Assembly: GCA_964016885.1 (NCBI GenBank)
Contig: OZ024741.1
Span: 341,558,001-341,622,000, forward strand
DNA length: 64,000 nucleotides
Source: Eledone cirrhosa
Taxonomy: Eukaryota
Direction of reading: 5' to 3'
Shown here piece by piece: positions 1 through 11,600 of the stretch (the stretch's first letter is position 1; every line of letters begins with the position of its first letter). Made by a program: the position numbers and the translations under genes. The notes under the pieces are model-generated. The model did no database searches. It saw only the letters and a program-made list of their open reading frames with translations, and had not been told where the DNA came from.

Positions 1-1620
1 CACCAGCCACATTTACAGTGTGGACTGGGAAGTTTTTACCGTGTTACCTACATGGCCACATTATAGCGTGGACTGTGTGTTCTTTTGTCGTGACACCTAC
101 ACGACCTCATTTATTTAGGACTGGATGTTGTGGTACCAACATAACTTTACATCGAAAGGGGTGGTGTGCATGGGGTGGGGGCAGGGTTAGTGAGATGGGG
201 GTGTATTTTGATTAAGAGGTGCCTACTGACTGTAGGTTTCGCTTTGCACTTAGGCAAGGCGGGTCTTCTGTATGACTGTGTAGCGCCAAAGATCTCGGTC
301 CAGTGACATTGTCTTGGAGAGGTGTAAGTGTGTGAGATTGGAATTTATCAAGCCGTCCCAGGTTTTTCTGGGTCTGCCTACTCCGTGGCTACCATCTATT
401 TTTATCGCCCTGCACTTTTTTATACAGCTGTCGTCTTTCATGCGCATCACGTGACCATACCAACGTAGTCTTCTCTCGAGTAAACAGCATCTGATCCCTC
501 TTATTCCTAATTTCTCACTTAGTTCATTTATGCTTTGCCGTTCATGTATATTACTATTACACATCCAACGGAGCATGCAAGCTTCGTTCCTTTCCAGTCT
601 GCGTAGATCCTCTGCACACAATGCCCAAGTCTCACTGCCATGTAACATTGCTGTTCGCATGCAGGCATCATACACTCTGTCTTTCATTTTTAGAGAGAAC
701 CCTTTAGCAGCCAATAGTGGTATAAGCTCTCTGAACATTTTCCATCCCGTTCTGACTCTAGCTACTGTACTTTCAGAGTCCCCTCCACCACTGCTGATTT
801 TGTCACCCAGGTAACGGAAGGTGTCCACTATTTCTATAGAACCATCTGTGCAATGGAATGGGCTAGTATTCTGTGGGCACTTGCTGCTACTTATTGCACC
901 TGAGCACCGGCCACATAAAATCTATATTCTTAGTTAGCTTACCTGTGATCCCACTACATCTTTTATGCACCCATACTTTGCATTTGGGACATAAAATGGA
1001 GTTTCTGCCTACTCCTTTCCTACACACTGAGCATGGCCATTTCCCAGATGGACCAATGCCCTATTTTCCTTCCTGCATACTAAAACTTTAGTCTTAGACA
1101 GGTTAATTTTAAAGCTTTTTGATTCTAGGCCGTGCTTCCATGTTTGGAATTTCTTCTCTAGTTCAGCCATTGATTCAGCTATAAGCGTTAGATCATCAGC
1201 GTATAGGAGTTCCCATGGGCAGCCGGTCTTGAACTCCTCTGTTATAGCCTGAAGGGCAATAATAAATAGGAGGGGGCTAAGGACGGAGCCCTGATGAACG
1301 CCAACTTTTACGCTAAACTCTTCACTATATTCATTGTTAATTCTAACCTTGCTGACTGTTTCTTTATACATGGCTTGTATAGCTCTCACAAGCCATTCAT
1401 CAACACCTAGTTTTCTGAGAGCCCACCAGATAATGGGGCGTGGGACTCCGTCAAAGGCTTTCTCCATGTCAACAAAAGCTAAGTATAGAGGTTTACTTTT
1501 AGCTAGGTACTTCTCCTGTAGTTGTCATACAATGAAAAGAGCGTCTGTGGTACTTTTACCTGACACAAACCCGAACTGCATTTCATCCAGATCAATTTGC
1601 TCTCTGATTAGTTGCGCTGT
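1..1620 (-). mobile_element. RTE-clade LINE, 5'-truncated and degenerate (RT, PHD-like finger, C-terminus, 3' UTR running off the window start)
   Basis: Minus-strand translation gives [64 protein letters not shown] and GRPRKTW. There is an in-frame TGA at about 1525-1527, frameshifts near 1050 and 910, and the ORF stop at 250-252. Confidence 0.95.
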
Positions 1621-1642
1621 CTATATTTATTAATATTTTGAA

Positions 1643-1645
<3 letters not shown>

Positions 1646-1702
<57 letters not shown>
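1646..1702. repeat. (TA)n microsatellite
   Basis: Direct reading of the sequence. Confidence 0.98.
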
Positions 1703-1706
<4 letters not shown>

Positions 1707-1854
1707 GGATTCAGGACCCCAACGTCTGAGTTCCTGCCATTGCAACAGCTAAATCCGAACTCTAGCTGTTGAAATGGCAGGAGCACAGCCGTTGGGGTCC
1801 CAAATCCTTCATATTACTCACTCTACTACCCAAGTAGAGTACTCTGGTGAGTAA
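1701..1854. repeat. Imperfect inverted repeat (~51-bp arms, 1701-1813) followed by a second small hairpin (1814-1854)
   Basis: The left arm TATGAAGGATTCAGGACCCCAACGTCTGAGTTCCTGCCATTGCAACAGCTA matches the reverse complement of 1763-1813 with about 6 mismatches. It is followed by TTACTCAC...GTGAGTAA enclosing ACTCTACT/AGTAGAGT. Confidence 0.9.
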
Positions 1855-2184
1855 TGGTCTAACTGGATTTTATTGTATCCATTCTGATTTATATATAAAT
1901 ATATATATATGTGTGTGTATGTGTGTATGTGTGTGTTTGCTGGCTGAGTAGACTAGAGCAATGGGCAATACAGTGGCTTGCTCAAGCACAGGATGCATCA
2001 CCAGGAATTAAACACTCACCTTTATAATTGTGAGTCAAACACCCTAACTACCAAGCCTTCACATTAATGGCATACAAAATGAAGTATGGGTCGGAACAGG
2101 AAGAGCATCTAGATGTAGAAAAATCTGCTACAGAAGAGATCTCATCCAATATATACAACCATAAGAAATATAAATAAATTAATA

Positions 2185-2221
<37 letters not shown>

Positions 2222-2911
2222 ATCACATGAAGGTGGTAGATTGGCAGAATCATTAGAGCATCAGACAAAATGTGGCATTTATTCCAGGTGTTTATGTTCT
2301 GAGTTCAAATCCCACTGAGGTCAACTTTGTCTTTCATCCTTCCAAGAGTTGATAAAATAAAGTCCCAGTCAAGTACTGAGATCGACATAATTGACTTGCC
2401 CTCAGCCCATCCACAAAAAGACAAAAATAAAATTGCTGGCCTTGTGCCTAAATTAGAAACCATGATTATTATTGTTAGACCCATGCTAGCATGGAAGATG
2501 GACGTTAAACGATGATGATGATGATTATTGTGGGTGATGGATTGGCAGAACTCTGAAAGCGTAGGTATTGAGGGTATTTTTTGTGGCTCTTTACATTCTG
2601 AGTTCAAATCCTGCAGAGGTCAACTTTCTCTTTCATCCTTCTGGGGTTAATTAGATAAAGTACCAATCAAGCACTGGAGATGGTATAATCGATTTCCCCT
2701 TCCCCACAAATTGCTGGCTAGAAAGCACTATTATTACTACTATCATCATCATATGAGGTGAGTGGATTGGTAGAATCTTTAGAGCATCAGACAAAACACT
2801 GCAATATTTAGTTATGTCCCTTTAAGTTTTGGGTTCAAATCCAGCTGAGCTCAACTTTGCCTTTCATCGTACAATAAAATGAAATATCAGTTAAGTACTG
2901 GGTCAATTTAA

Positions 2912-3125
2912 CAGTTTTGATTCCATACCACCTGAAACCATCCATGGTTTATTTTAAAGTATATTTATCTAAAAATCTACTATCATAATTTTATACAAGA
3001 ATCTTTTGTTCCAAACACCAGCTTGATAATGAGAAAGTTTGTTTTTTTGCTAAATCCCACAAAATATTTGATTGTTTTCAAAATCTTTCAAAGCCATAGA
3101 TGGTGTCATACATTAAACAAAAGAG
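2912..3125. mobile_element. Degenerate TTAA-flanked MITE (piggyBac-like), inserted in a SINE copy
   Basis: TTAA at 2908-2911 and 3126-3129, with degenerate termini CAGTTTTG / CAAAAGAG. It interrupts the SINE between its core and its tail, which resumes at about 3399. Confidence 0.55.
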
Positions 3126-3129
3126 TTAA

Positions 3130-3394
3130 CCCATTAGCATTTAAACCGGCTACATCCGGCCAGAATTCTCTCACCTTTTTCTGTTCAAACTGGCCGTAAC
3201 CGGCCACTCATACTGATGTTAAGGTATTGTTCTCAAAATTGATAATATCAAAATTCCGTAGACTCGATATTATGAGATAATTATGTGAGGTAAAGCCTTT
3301 ACCACAAAAATACAATAGTATATATAGAGTAATCATTTAATCGTTTAACGTCTATCTTCCACGCTAGCATGGGTTTATGTAAATGCTTAAAGGG
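3130..3394 (+). mobile_element. piggyBac-type MITE with TTAA target duplication
   Basis: TTAA|CCCATTAGCATTT ... AAATGCTTAAAGGG|TTAA. A related inverted copy lies at about 19071-19270. Confidence 0.8.
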
Positions 3395-5639
3395 TTAATC
3401 AATTGCTGGCCGTGTGCCTAAATAAGAAACCATTGTTATAAGTGGGGTGTGAATTGGCAGAATTGGTAGAGCATTTGATAAAAATGCTCTTCTGACTCTT
3501 TACATTCTGAGATCAAATCCTTTTGAAATCAACTTTGCCTTTCATCTTATCTGGGTCAATGAAATAAAGTACCAGCCATGTACTGGTGTCAATACACACA
3601 CAAAAAGAATATTGCTACTTGTGACAAAAATCAGAAACTATGATTATTTTCGTTATTACTGTTATTGTAGTTTGTGTGTGGGGGTGGGGTGATTAATGGA
3701 ATCATTAGGGCATCAGACAAAATGCTTTGTTGAGTTTAGTTATGGCCCTATATGCTCTTAGTTCAAATCCCACCAAAACCAACTTCGCTTCTCATCCTTT
3801 CAAGGTTGATAAAATAAAGTACCAGTAATGCACTGGGGTAAATTTAATCAACTTTCCCCTCCTCCCAAATTACTGGCCTTGTGCCTATACTAGAAACTAT
3901 TGTTATTATTATTGTGTCTCTGCTCAGTTTTTAATGCTGGAGAAGTATTACAGTGTCAGCTGTTTACTACCAGTGAACTAAGGTATTATTATTATTAAAG
4001 GCGGTGGATTGGCAGATTCGGTAGAGTGTTGGACACTGTGCTTTGTAGCATAGAGTTATGCCCCTTTACATTCTGAGTTCAAATCCCGCCAAGATTAACT
4101 TTGCCTTTCATCCTTGCGGGGTAGATAAAATAAAGTACCAGTAATGCACTGGAGTTGATTTAATCAACTTTCCCTTCCCCTCAAATTGCTGGTCTTATGC
4201 CTAATTTAGAAGCAATCATTATTATTATCAAATAAATAATAGAGGGTGGTGGAGTTCAAATACCACTGAGGTTAACTTTGCCTTTCATCCTAACAGGATC
4301 ATTAAAATAAAGCACCAGTAATGCACTGGTGTCAATTTAATTGACTTTCATTGCTAATCTTGTGCCTAAAGTAGAGACAATTATTATTATTATTAAAACA
4401 CCTGGGTGGTGGATTGGCAGTATTGGTAGAGTGTCGGACACCATGCTTTGACGCATAGAGTTATGGCCCTTGCCATTCTGAGTTCAAATCCTGCCGAGAT
4501 TAACCTTGCCTTTCGTCCTTACGGGGTTGATAAAATAAAGTACCAGTAATACACTGGGTAATTGCTGGCCTTGTGCCAAAAGTAGAAACAATTATTATTA
4601 AAACACCTAGGGCAGTGGATTGGCAGTATTAGTAGAGGGTCGGACGCCATGCTTTGAAGCATAGAGTTGCGGCCCTTTATCGTCTGAGTTCAAATCCCAC
4701 CGAGGTTAACTTTGCCTTTGATCCTTACAGGGTTATTAAAATAAAGCACCAGTAATGAACTGGGGTCAATTTAATTGACTTTCATTACTCCCCAAATTTC
4801 TGGCCTTGTGACTATACTAGAAATCATTCGGTGAATTGGCAGTATCGGTAGAGGGTTGGACGCCATGCTTTCTAGCATAGTTACGTCCCTTTACGGTTTG
4901 AGTTCAAATCCTGCCGAGGTTAACTTCGCCTTTCATTCTTACGGGGTCGATAAAATAAAGTACCAGTAATGTACTGGGAATTGCTGGCCTTCTGCCTAAA
5001 GTAGAAACAAGTAAACAATAAAATAAATAAATAAAAAAAATGCACTGGGTAATTGCTGGCCTTGTGCCTAAAGTAGAAACAATTATTATTATAATTATTA
5101 TTATCATTACTGTTATTATTGTTGTAGTTTCATTGCCATTGTTGCTGTTGTTAAAATTTTTATATTTATTTTCTAGTTAACAATAACATCTCAGTATTAA
5201 TAGTCAGAAGAAATGTTCATGTCTCTAACAAAACAACAACAGTGCAACATAACAAAGAAATAATTTAAGATTCTTCACCATTTTAGACAGAAAAGTCTTC
5301 TGAAATGGCACAGAACCAACATGTCTTCATTTCATTGCCAACTGAAGTTTTGACAGGATTTAGGGGAGGGGGGGGTCTGTGTTTTTATTTTCTTGGTATT
5401 TTTCTGGCCTTTTTAAAAAATTTTTTTTTCTTTTTGTGATAGTGGAGGTGGTGTCATGGTTAATATTAGTTGTGGTGGTAGTAGTTGGTGTATTGGCAGA
5501 GGTGGTGGTAATGCTGATCAGGGTGGTGGTGGTGGTGATTGAGCCGATGGTGATAGTGGTGGCGCTGAATGGAGTAGCATTGCTGATGGTGGTGGTGATG
5601 ATTGTGGTGGTGGTCATGGTGATAATATGAGTACCAAGG

Positions 5640-8600
5640 AGGTTATCATAGGGGTGACAGTGGAGATGTTGGTGGTAGTGGTTGAGGTGGTGGTTATAAT
5701 AAGGGGGTCAATGGAGGTTATGGTGGGGGTGACAGTGGAGATGTTGGTGGTAGTGGTTGAGGTGGTGGTTATAATAAGGGGGTCAATGGAGGTTATGGTG
5801 GGGGTGACAGTGGAGATGTTGGTGGTAGTGGTTGAGGTGGTGGTTATAATAAGGGGGTCAATGGAGGTTATGGTGGGGGTGACAGTGGAGATGTTGGTGG
5901 TAGTGGTTGAGGTGGTGGTTATAATAAGGGGGTCAATGGAGGTTATGGTGGGGGTGACAGTGGAGATGTTGGTGGTAGTGGTTGAGGTGGTGGTTATAAT
6001 AAGGGGGTCAATGGAGGTTATGGTGGGGGTGATGGTGGAGATGCTGGTGGTGGTGGTGGTGGTGGTGGTGGTGATAATAAGGGTGTCAATGGAGGTCATG
6101 GTGGGGAGATGGTGGAGATGTTGGTGGTAGTGGTGGTGGTGGTGGTGGTGGTGATAATAAGGGTGTCAATGGAGGTTATGGTGGGGAGATGGTGGAGATG
6201 TTGGTGGTGGTGGTGGTGGTGGAGGTGGTGGTGGTGATAATAAGGGTGTCAATGGAAGTTATGGTGGGGGTGATGGTGGAGGTAGTGGTGGTGGTGGTGG
6301 TGGTGGTGATAATAAGGGTGTCAATGGAAGTTATGGTGGGGGTGATGGTGGAGATGTTGGTGGTGGTGGTGGTGGTGGTGGTGGTGATAATAAGGGTGTC
6401 AATGGAAGTTATGGTGGGGGTGATGGTGGAGGTAGTGGTGGTGGTGGTGGTGGTGGTTATAATAAGGGTGTCAATGGAAGTTATGGTGGGGGTGATGGTG
6501 GAGATGTTGGTGGTGGTGGTGGAGGTGGTGCTGGTGATAATAAGGGTGTCAATGGAAGTTATGGTGGGGGTGATGGTGGAGGTAGTGGTGGTGGTGGTGG
6601 TGGTGGTGGTGGTGGTGGTGGTGGTGGTGGTGGTGGTTATAATAAGGGTGTCAATGGATGTAATGGTGGGGGTGATGGTGGTGGTGGTGGTGGTGGTGGT
6701 GGTGGTGGTGATAATAAGGGGGTCAATGGAAGTTATGGTGGGGTTGATGGTGGTGGTGGTGGTGGTGGTGGTGGTGGTGGTGGTGGTGGTGGTGGTGGTG
6801 AAGATGTTGGTGGTAGTGGTGGTGGTGGTGGTGGTGGTGATAATAAGGGTGTCAACGGAAGTTATGGTGGGGGTGATGGTGGAGGTGGTGGTAGTGGTGG
6901 TGGTGGTGGTGATAATAAGGGTGTCAATGGATGTAATGGTGGGGGTGATGGTGGTGGTGGTAGTGGTGGTGGTGGTGGTGGTGGTGATAATAAGGGGGTC
7001 AATGGAAGTTATGGTGGGGGGTGATGGTGGAGGTGGTGGTAGTGGTGGTGGTGGTGGTGGTGATAATAAGGGTGTCAATGGATGTAATGGTGGGGGTGAT
7101 GGTGGAGGTGGTGGTAGTGGTGGTGGTGGTGGTGGTGATAATAAGGGTGTCAATGGATGTAATGGTGGGGGTGATGGTGGAGGTGGTGGTGGTGGTGGTG
7201 GTGGTGGTGGTGATAATAAGGGTGTCAATGGAAGTTATGGTGGGGTGATGGTGGTGGTGGTAGTGGTGGTGGTGGTGGTGATAATAAGGGTGTCAATGGA
7301 AGTTATGGTGGGGGTGATGGTGGAGGTGGTGGTAGTGGTGGTGGTGGTGGTGGTGGTGGTGGTGGTGGTGGTGGTGGTGGTGGTGGTGAAGATGTTGGTG
7401 GTAGTGGTGGTGGTGGTGGTGGTGGTGATAATAAGGGTGTCAATGGAAGTTATGGTGGGGGTGATGGTGGAGGTGGTGGTAGTGGTGGTGGTGGTGGTGG
7501 TGGTGAAGATGTTGGTGGTAGTGGTGGTGGTGGTGGTGATAATAAGGGTGTCAATGGAAGTTATGGTGGGGGTGATGGTGGAGGTGGTGGTAGTGGTGGT
7601 GGTGGTGGTGATAATAAGGGTGTCAATGGAGGTTATGGTGGGGTGGTGGTGGTGGTGGTGGTGGTGGTGGTGGTAGTGGTGGTGGTGATAATAAGGGTGT
7701 CGATGGAAGTTATGGTGGGGTGATGGTGGTGGTGGTGGTGGTGGTGGTGGTGGTGGTGGTGGTGGTGATAATAAGGGTGTCAATGGAAGTTATGGTGGGG
7801 GTGAGTGTGGAGATGTTTGTGGTGGTGGTGGTGGTGGTGGTGATAATAAGGGGGTCAATGGAAGTTATGGTGGGGGTGAGTGTGGAGATGTTGGTGGTGG
7901 TGGTGGTGGTGGTGATAATAAGGGGGTCAATGGAAGTTATGGTGGGGGTGATGGTGGAGGTGGTGGTGGTGGTGGTGGTGGTGGTGGTGGTGGTGGTGGT
8001 GGTGATAATAAGGGTGTCAATGGAAGTTATGGTGGGGGTGAGTGTGGAGATGTTTGTGGTGGTGGTGGTGGTGGTGGTGATAATAAGGGGGTCAATGGAA
8101 GTTATGGTGGGGGTGAGTGTGGAGATGTTGGTGGTGGTGGTGGTGGTGGTGATAATAAGGGGGTCAATGGAAGTTATGGTGGGGGTGAGTGTGGAGATGT
8201 TGGTGGTGGTGGTGGTGGTGGTGATAATAAGGGGGTCAATGGAAGTTATGGTGGGGGTGATGGTGGAGGTGGTGGTGGTGGTGGTGGTGGTGGTGATAAT
8301 AAGGGTGTCAATGGAAGTTATGGTGGGGGTGAGTGTGGAGATGTTGGTGGTGGTGGTGGTGGTGATAATAAGGGGGTCAATGGAAGTTATGGTGGGGGTG
8401 ATGGTGGTGATGTTGGTGGTGGTGGTGGTGGTGGTGATAATAAGGGTGTCAATGGAAGTTATGGTGGGGTGATGGTGGAGATGTTGGTGGTGGTGGTGGT
8501 GGTGGTGGTGATAATAAGGGTGTCAATGGAAGTTATGGTGGGGGTGATGGTGGAGGTGGTGGTGGTGGTGGTGGTGGTGGTGATAATAAGGGTGTCAATG

Positions 8601-11600
8601 GAAGTTATGGTGGGGGTGATGGTGGAGATGTTGGTGGTAGTGGTGGTGGTGGTGATAATAAGGGTGTCAATGGAAGTTATGGTGGGGGTGAGTGTGGAGA
8701 TGTTGGTGGTGGTGGTGGTGGTGATAATAAGGGTGTCAATGGAAGTTATGGTGGGGGTGATGGTGGAGGTGGTGGTAGTGGTGGTGGTGGTGGTGGTGGT
8801 GATAATAAGGGTGTCAATGGAAGTTATGGTGGGGGTGATGCTGGAGATGTTGGTGGTGGTGGTGGTGGTGGTGGTGGTGGTGGTGGTGGTGGTGGTGATA
8901 ATAAGGGTGTCAATGGAAGTAATGGTGGGGTGATGGTGGAGATGGTGGTGATGGTGGTGGTGGTGGTGGTGATAATAAGGGTGTCAATGGAAATTATGGT
9001 GGGGTGATGGTGGTGGTGGTGGTGGTGGTGGTGGTGGTGGTGATAATAAGGGTGTCAATGGAAGTTATGGTGGGGTGATAGTGGTGGTGGTGGTGGTGGT
9101 GGTGGTGGTGGTGGTGGTGGTGGTGGTGATAATAAGGGTGTCAATAGAAGTTATGGTGGGGGTGATGGTGGAGATGTTGGTGGTGGTGGTGGTGGTGGTG
9201 GTGATAATAAGGGTGTCAATGGAAGTTATGGTGGGGTGATGGTGGTGGTGGTGGTGGTGGTGATAATAAGGGTGTCAATGGAAGTAATGGTGGGGGTAAT
9301 GGTGGAGATGTTGGTGATGGTGGTGGTGGTGGTGATAATAAGGGTGACAATGGAAGTTATGGTGGGGGTGATGGTGGAGATGTTGGTGGTGGTGGTGGTG
9401 GTGGTGGTGATAATAAGGGTGTCAATGGAAGTTATGGTGGGGGTGATGGTGGAGATGTTGGTGGTGGTGGTGGTGGTGGTGGTGATAATAAGGGTGTCAA
9501 TGGAAGTTATGGTGGGGTGATGGTGGTGGTGGTGGTGGTGGTGATAATAAGGGTGTCAATGGAAGTAATGGTGGGGGTGATGGTGGAGATGTTGGTGATG
9601 GTGGTGGTGGTGGTGATAATAAGGGTGTCAATGGAAGTTATGGTGGGGTGATGGTGGTGGTGGTGGTGATAATAAGGGTGTCAATGGAAGTTATGGTGGG
9701 GGTGATGGTGGAGATGGTGGTGGTGGTGGTGGTGGTGGTAATAATAAGGGTGTCAATGGAAGTTATGGTGGGGGTGAGTGTGGAGATGTTGGTGGCGGTG
9801 GTGGTGGTGGTGGTGGTGATAATAAGGGTGTCAATGGTAGTTATGGTGGGGGTGATGGTGGAGATGTTGGTGGTAGTGGTGGTGGTGGTGGTGATAATAA
9901 GGGTGTCAATGGAAGTTATGGTTGGGGTGATGGTGGAGGTGGTGGTAGTGGTGGTGGTGGTGGTGGTGATAATAAGGGTGTCAATGGAAGTTATGGTGGG
10001 GGTGATGGTGGAGATGTTGGTGGTGGTGGTGGTGGTGGTGATAATAAGGGTGTCAATGGAAGTTATGGTGGGGGTGAGTGTGGAGATGTTGGTGGTGGTG
10101 GTGGTGGTGATAATAAGGGTGTCAATGGAAGTTATGGTGGGGGTTAGTGTGGAGATGTTGGTGGTGGTGGTGGTGGTGATAATAAGGGGGTCAATGGAAG
10201 TTATGGTGGGGGTGATGGTGGAGGTGGTGGTAGTGGTGGTGGTGGTGGTGGTGATAATAAGGGTGTCAATGGAAGTTATGGTGGGTGTGATGGTGGAGAT
10301 GTTGGTGGTGGTGGTGGTGGTGGTGATAATAAGGGTGTCAATGGAAGTTATGGTGGGGGTGATGGTGGAGATGTTGGTGGTGGTGGTGGTGGTGGTGATA
10401 ATAAGGGTGTCAATGGAAGTTATGGTGGGGGTGAGTGTGGAGATGTTGGTGGTGGTGGTGGTGGTGATAATAAGGGTGTCAATGGAAGTTATGGTGGGGG
10501 TTAGTGTGGAGATGTTGGTGGTGGTGGTGGTGGTGATAATAAGGGTGTCAATGGAAGTTATGGTGGGGGTGATGGTGGAGGTGGTGGTGGTGGTGGTGGT
10601 GGTGGTGGTGGTGGTGATAATAAGGGTGTCAATGGAAGTTATGGTGGGGGTTAGTGTGGAGATGTTGGTGGTGGTGGTGGTGGTGGTGATAATAAGGGTG
10701 TCAATGGAAGTTATGGTGGGGGTGATGGTGGAGATGTTAGTGGTGGTGGTGGTGGTGGTGATAATAAGGGTGTCAATGAAAGTTATGGTGGGGGTGTTGG
10801 TGGAGATGTTGGTGGTACTGGTGGTGGTGGTGGTGATAATAAGGGTGTCAATGGAAGTTATGGTGGGGGTAATGGTGGAGGTGGTGGTAGTGGTGGTGGT
10901 GGTGGTGGTGATAATAAGGGTGTCAATGGAAGTTATGGTGGGGGTGATGGTGGAGATGTTGGTGGTGGTGGTGGTGGTGGTGATAATAAGGGTGTCAATG
11001 GAAGTTATGGTGGGGGTGAGTGTGGAGATGTTGGTGGTGGTGGTGGTGGTGGTGGTGATAATAAGGGTGTCAATGGAAGTTATGGTAGGGGTGAGTGTGG
11101 AGATGTTGGTGTTGGTGGTGGTGGTGGTGATAATTAGGGTGTCAATGGAGGTTATGGTGGGTGTGATGGTGGAGGTGGTGGTGATAATAAGGGTGTCAAT
11201 GGAAGTTATGGTGGGGGTGAGTGTGGAGGTGGTGGTAGGGGTGGTGGTGGTGGTGATAATAAGGGTGTCAATGGAAGTTATGGTGGGGGTGATGGTGGAG
11301 ATGTTGGTGGTGGTAGTGGTGGTGGTGTTGATAATAAGGGTGTCAATGGAAGTTATGGTGGGGGTGAGTGTCGAGGTGGTGGTAGGGGTGGTGGTAGGGG
11401 TGATAATAAGGGTGTCAATGGAAGTTATGGTGGGGGTGAGTGTGGAGATGTTGGTGGTGGTGGTGGTGGTGATAATAAGGGTGTCAATGGAAGTTATGGT
11501 GGGGGTTAGTGTGGAGATGTTGGTGGTGGTGGTGGTGGTGATAATAAGGGTGTCAATGGAAGTTATGGTGGGGGTGATGGTGGAGGTGGTGGTGGTGGTG

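Larger units (their letters stand above)
2229..5105 (+). mobile_element. Head-to-tail cluster of about 10-11 copies of a tRNA-derived SINE (family A)
   Basis: Recurrent ~200-230-bp unit: TGGCAGAATCGGTAGAG (A-box-like), GAGTTCAAATCC (B-box), core TTGCCTTTCATCCT..GGGGTCGATAAAATAAAGTACCAG, tail TGCTGGCCTTGTGCC.AAAGTAGAAACA(ATT)n. All copies are in the same orientation. Confidence 0.92.
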
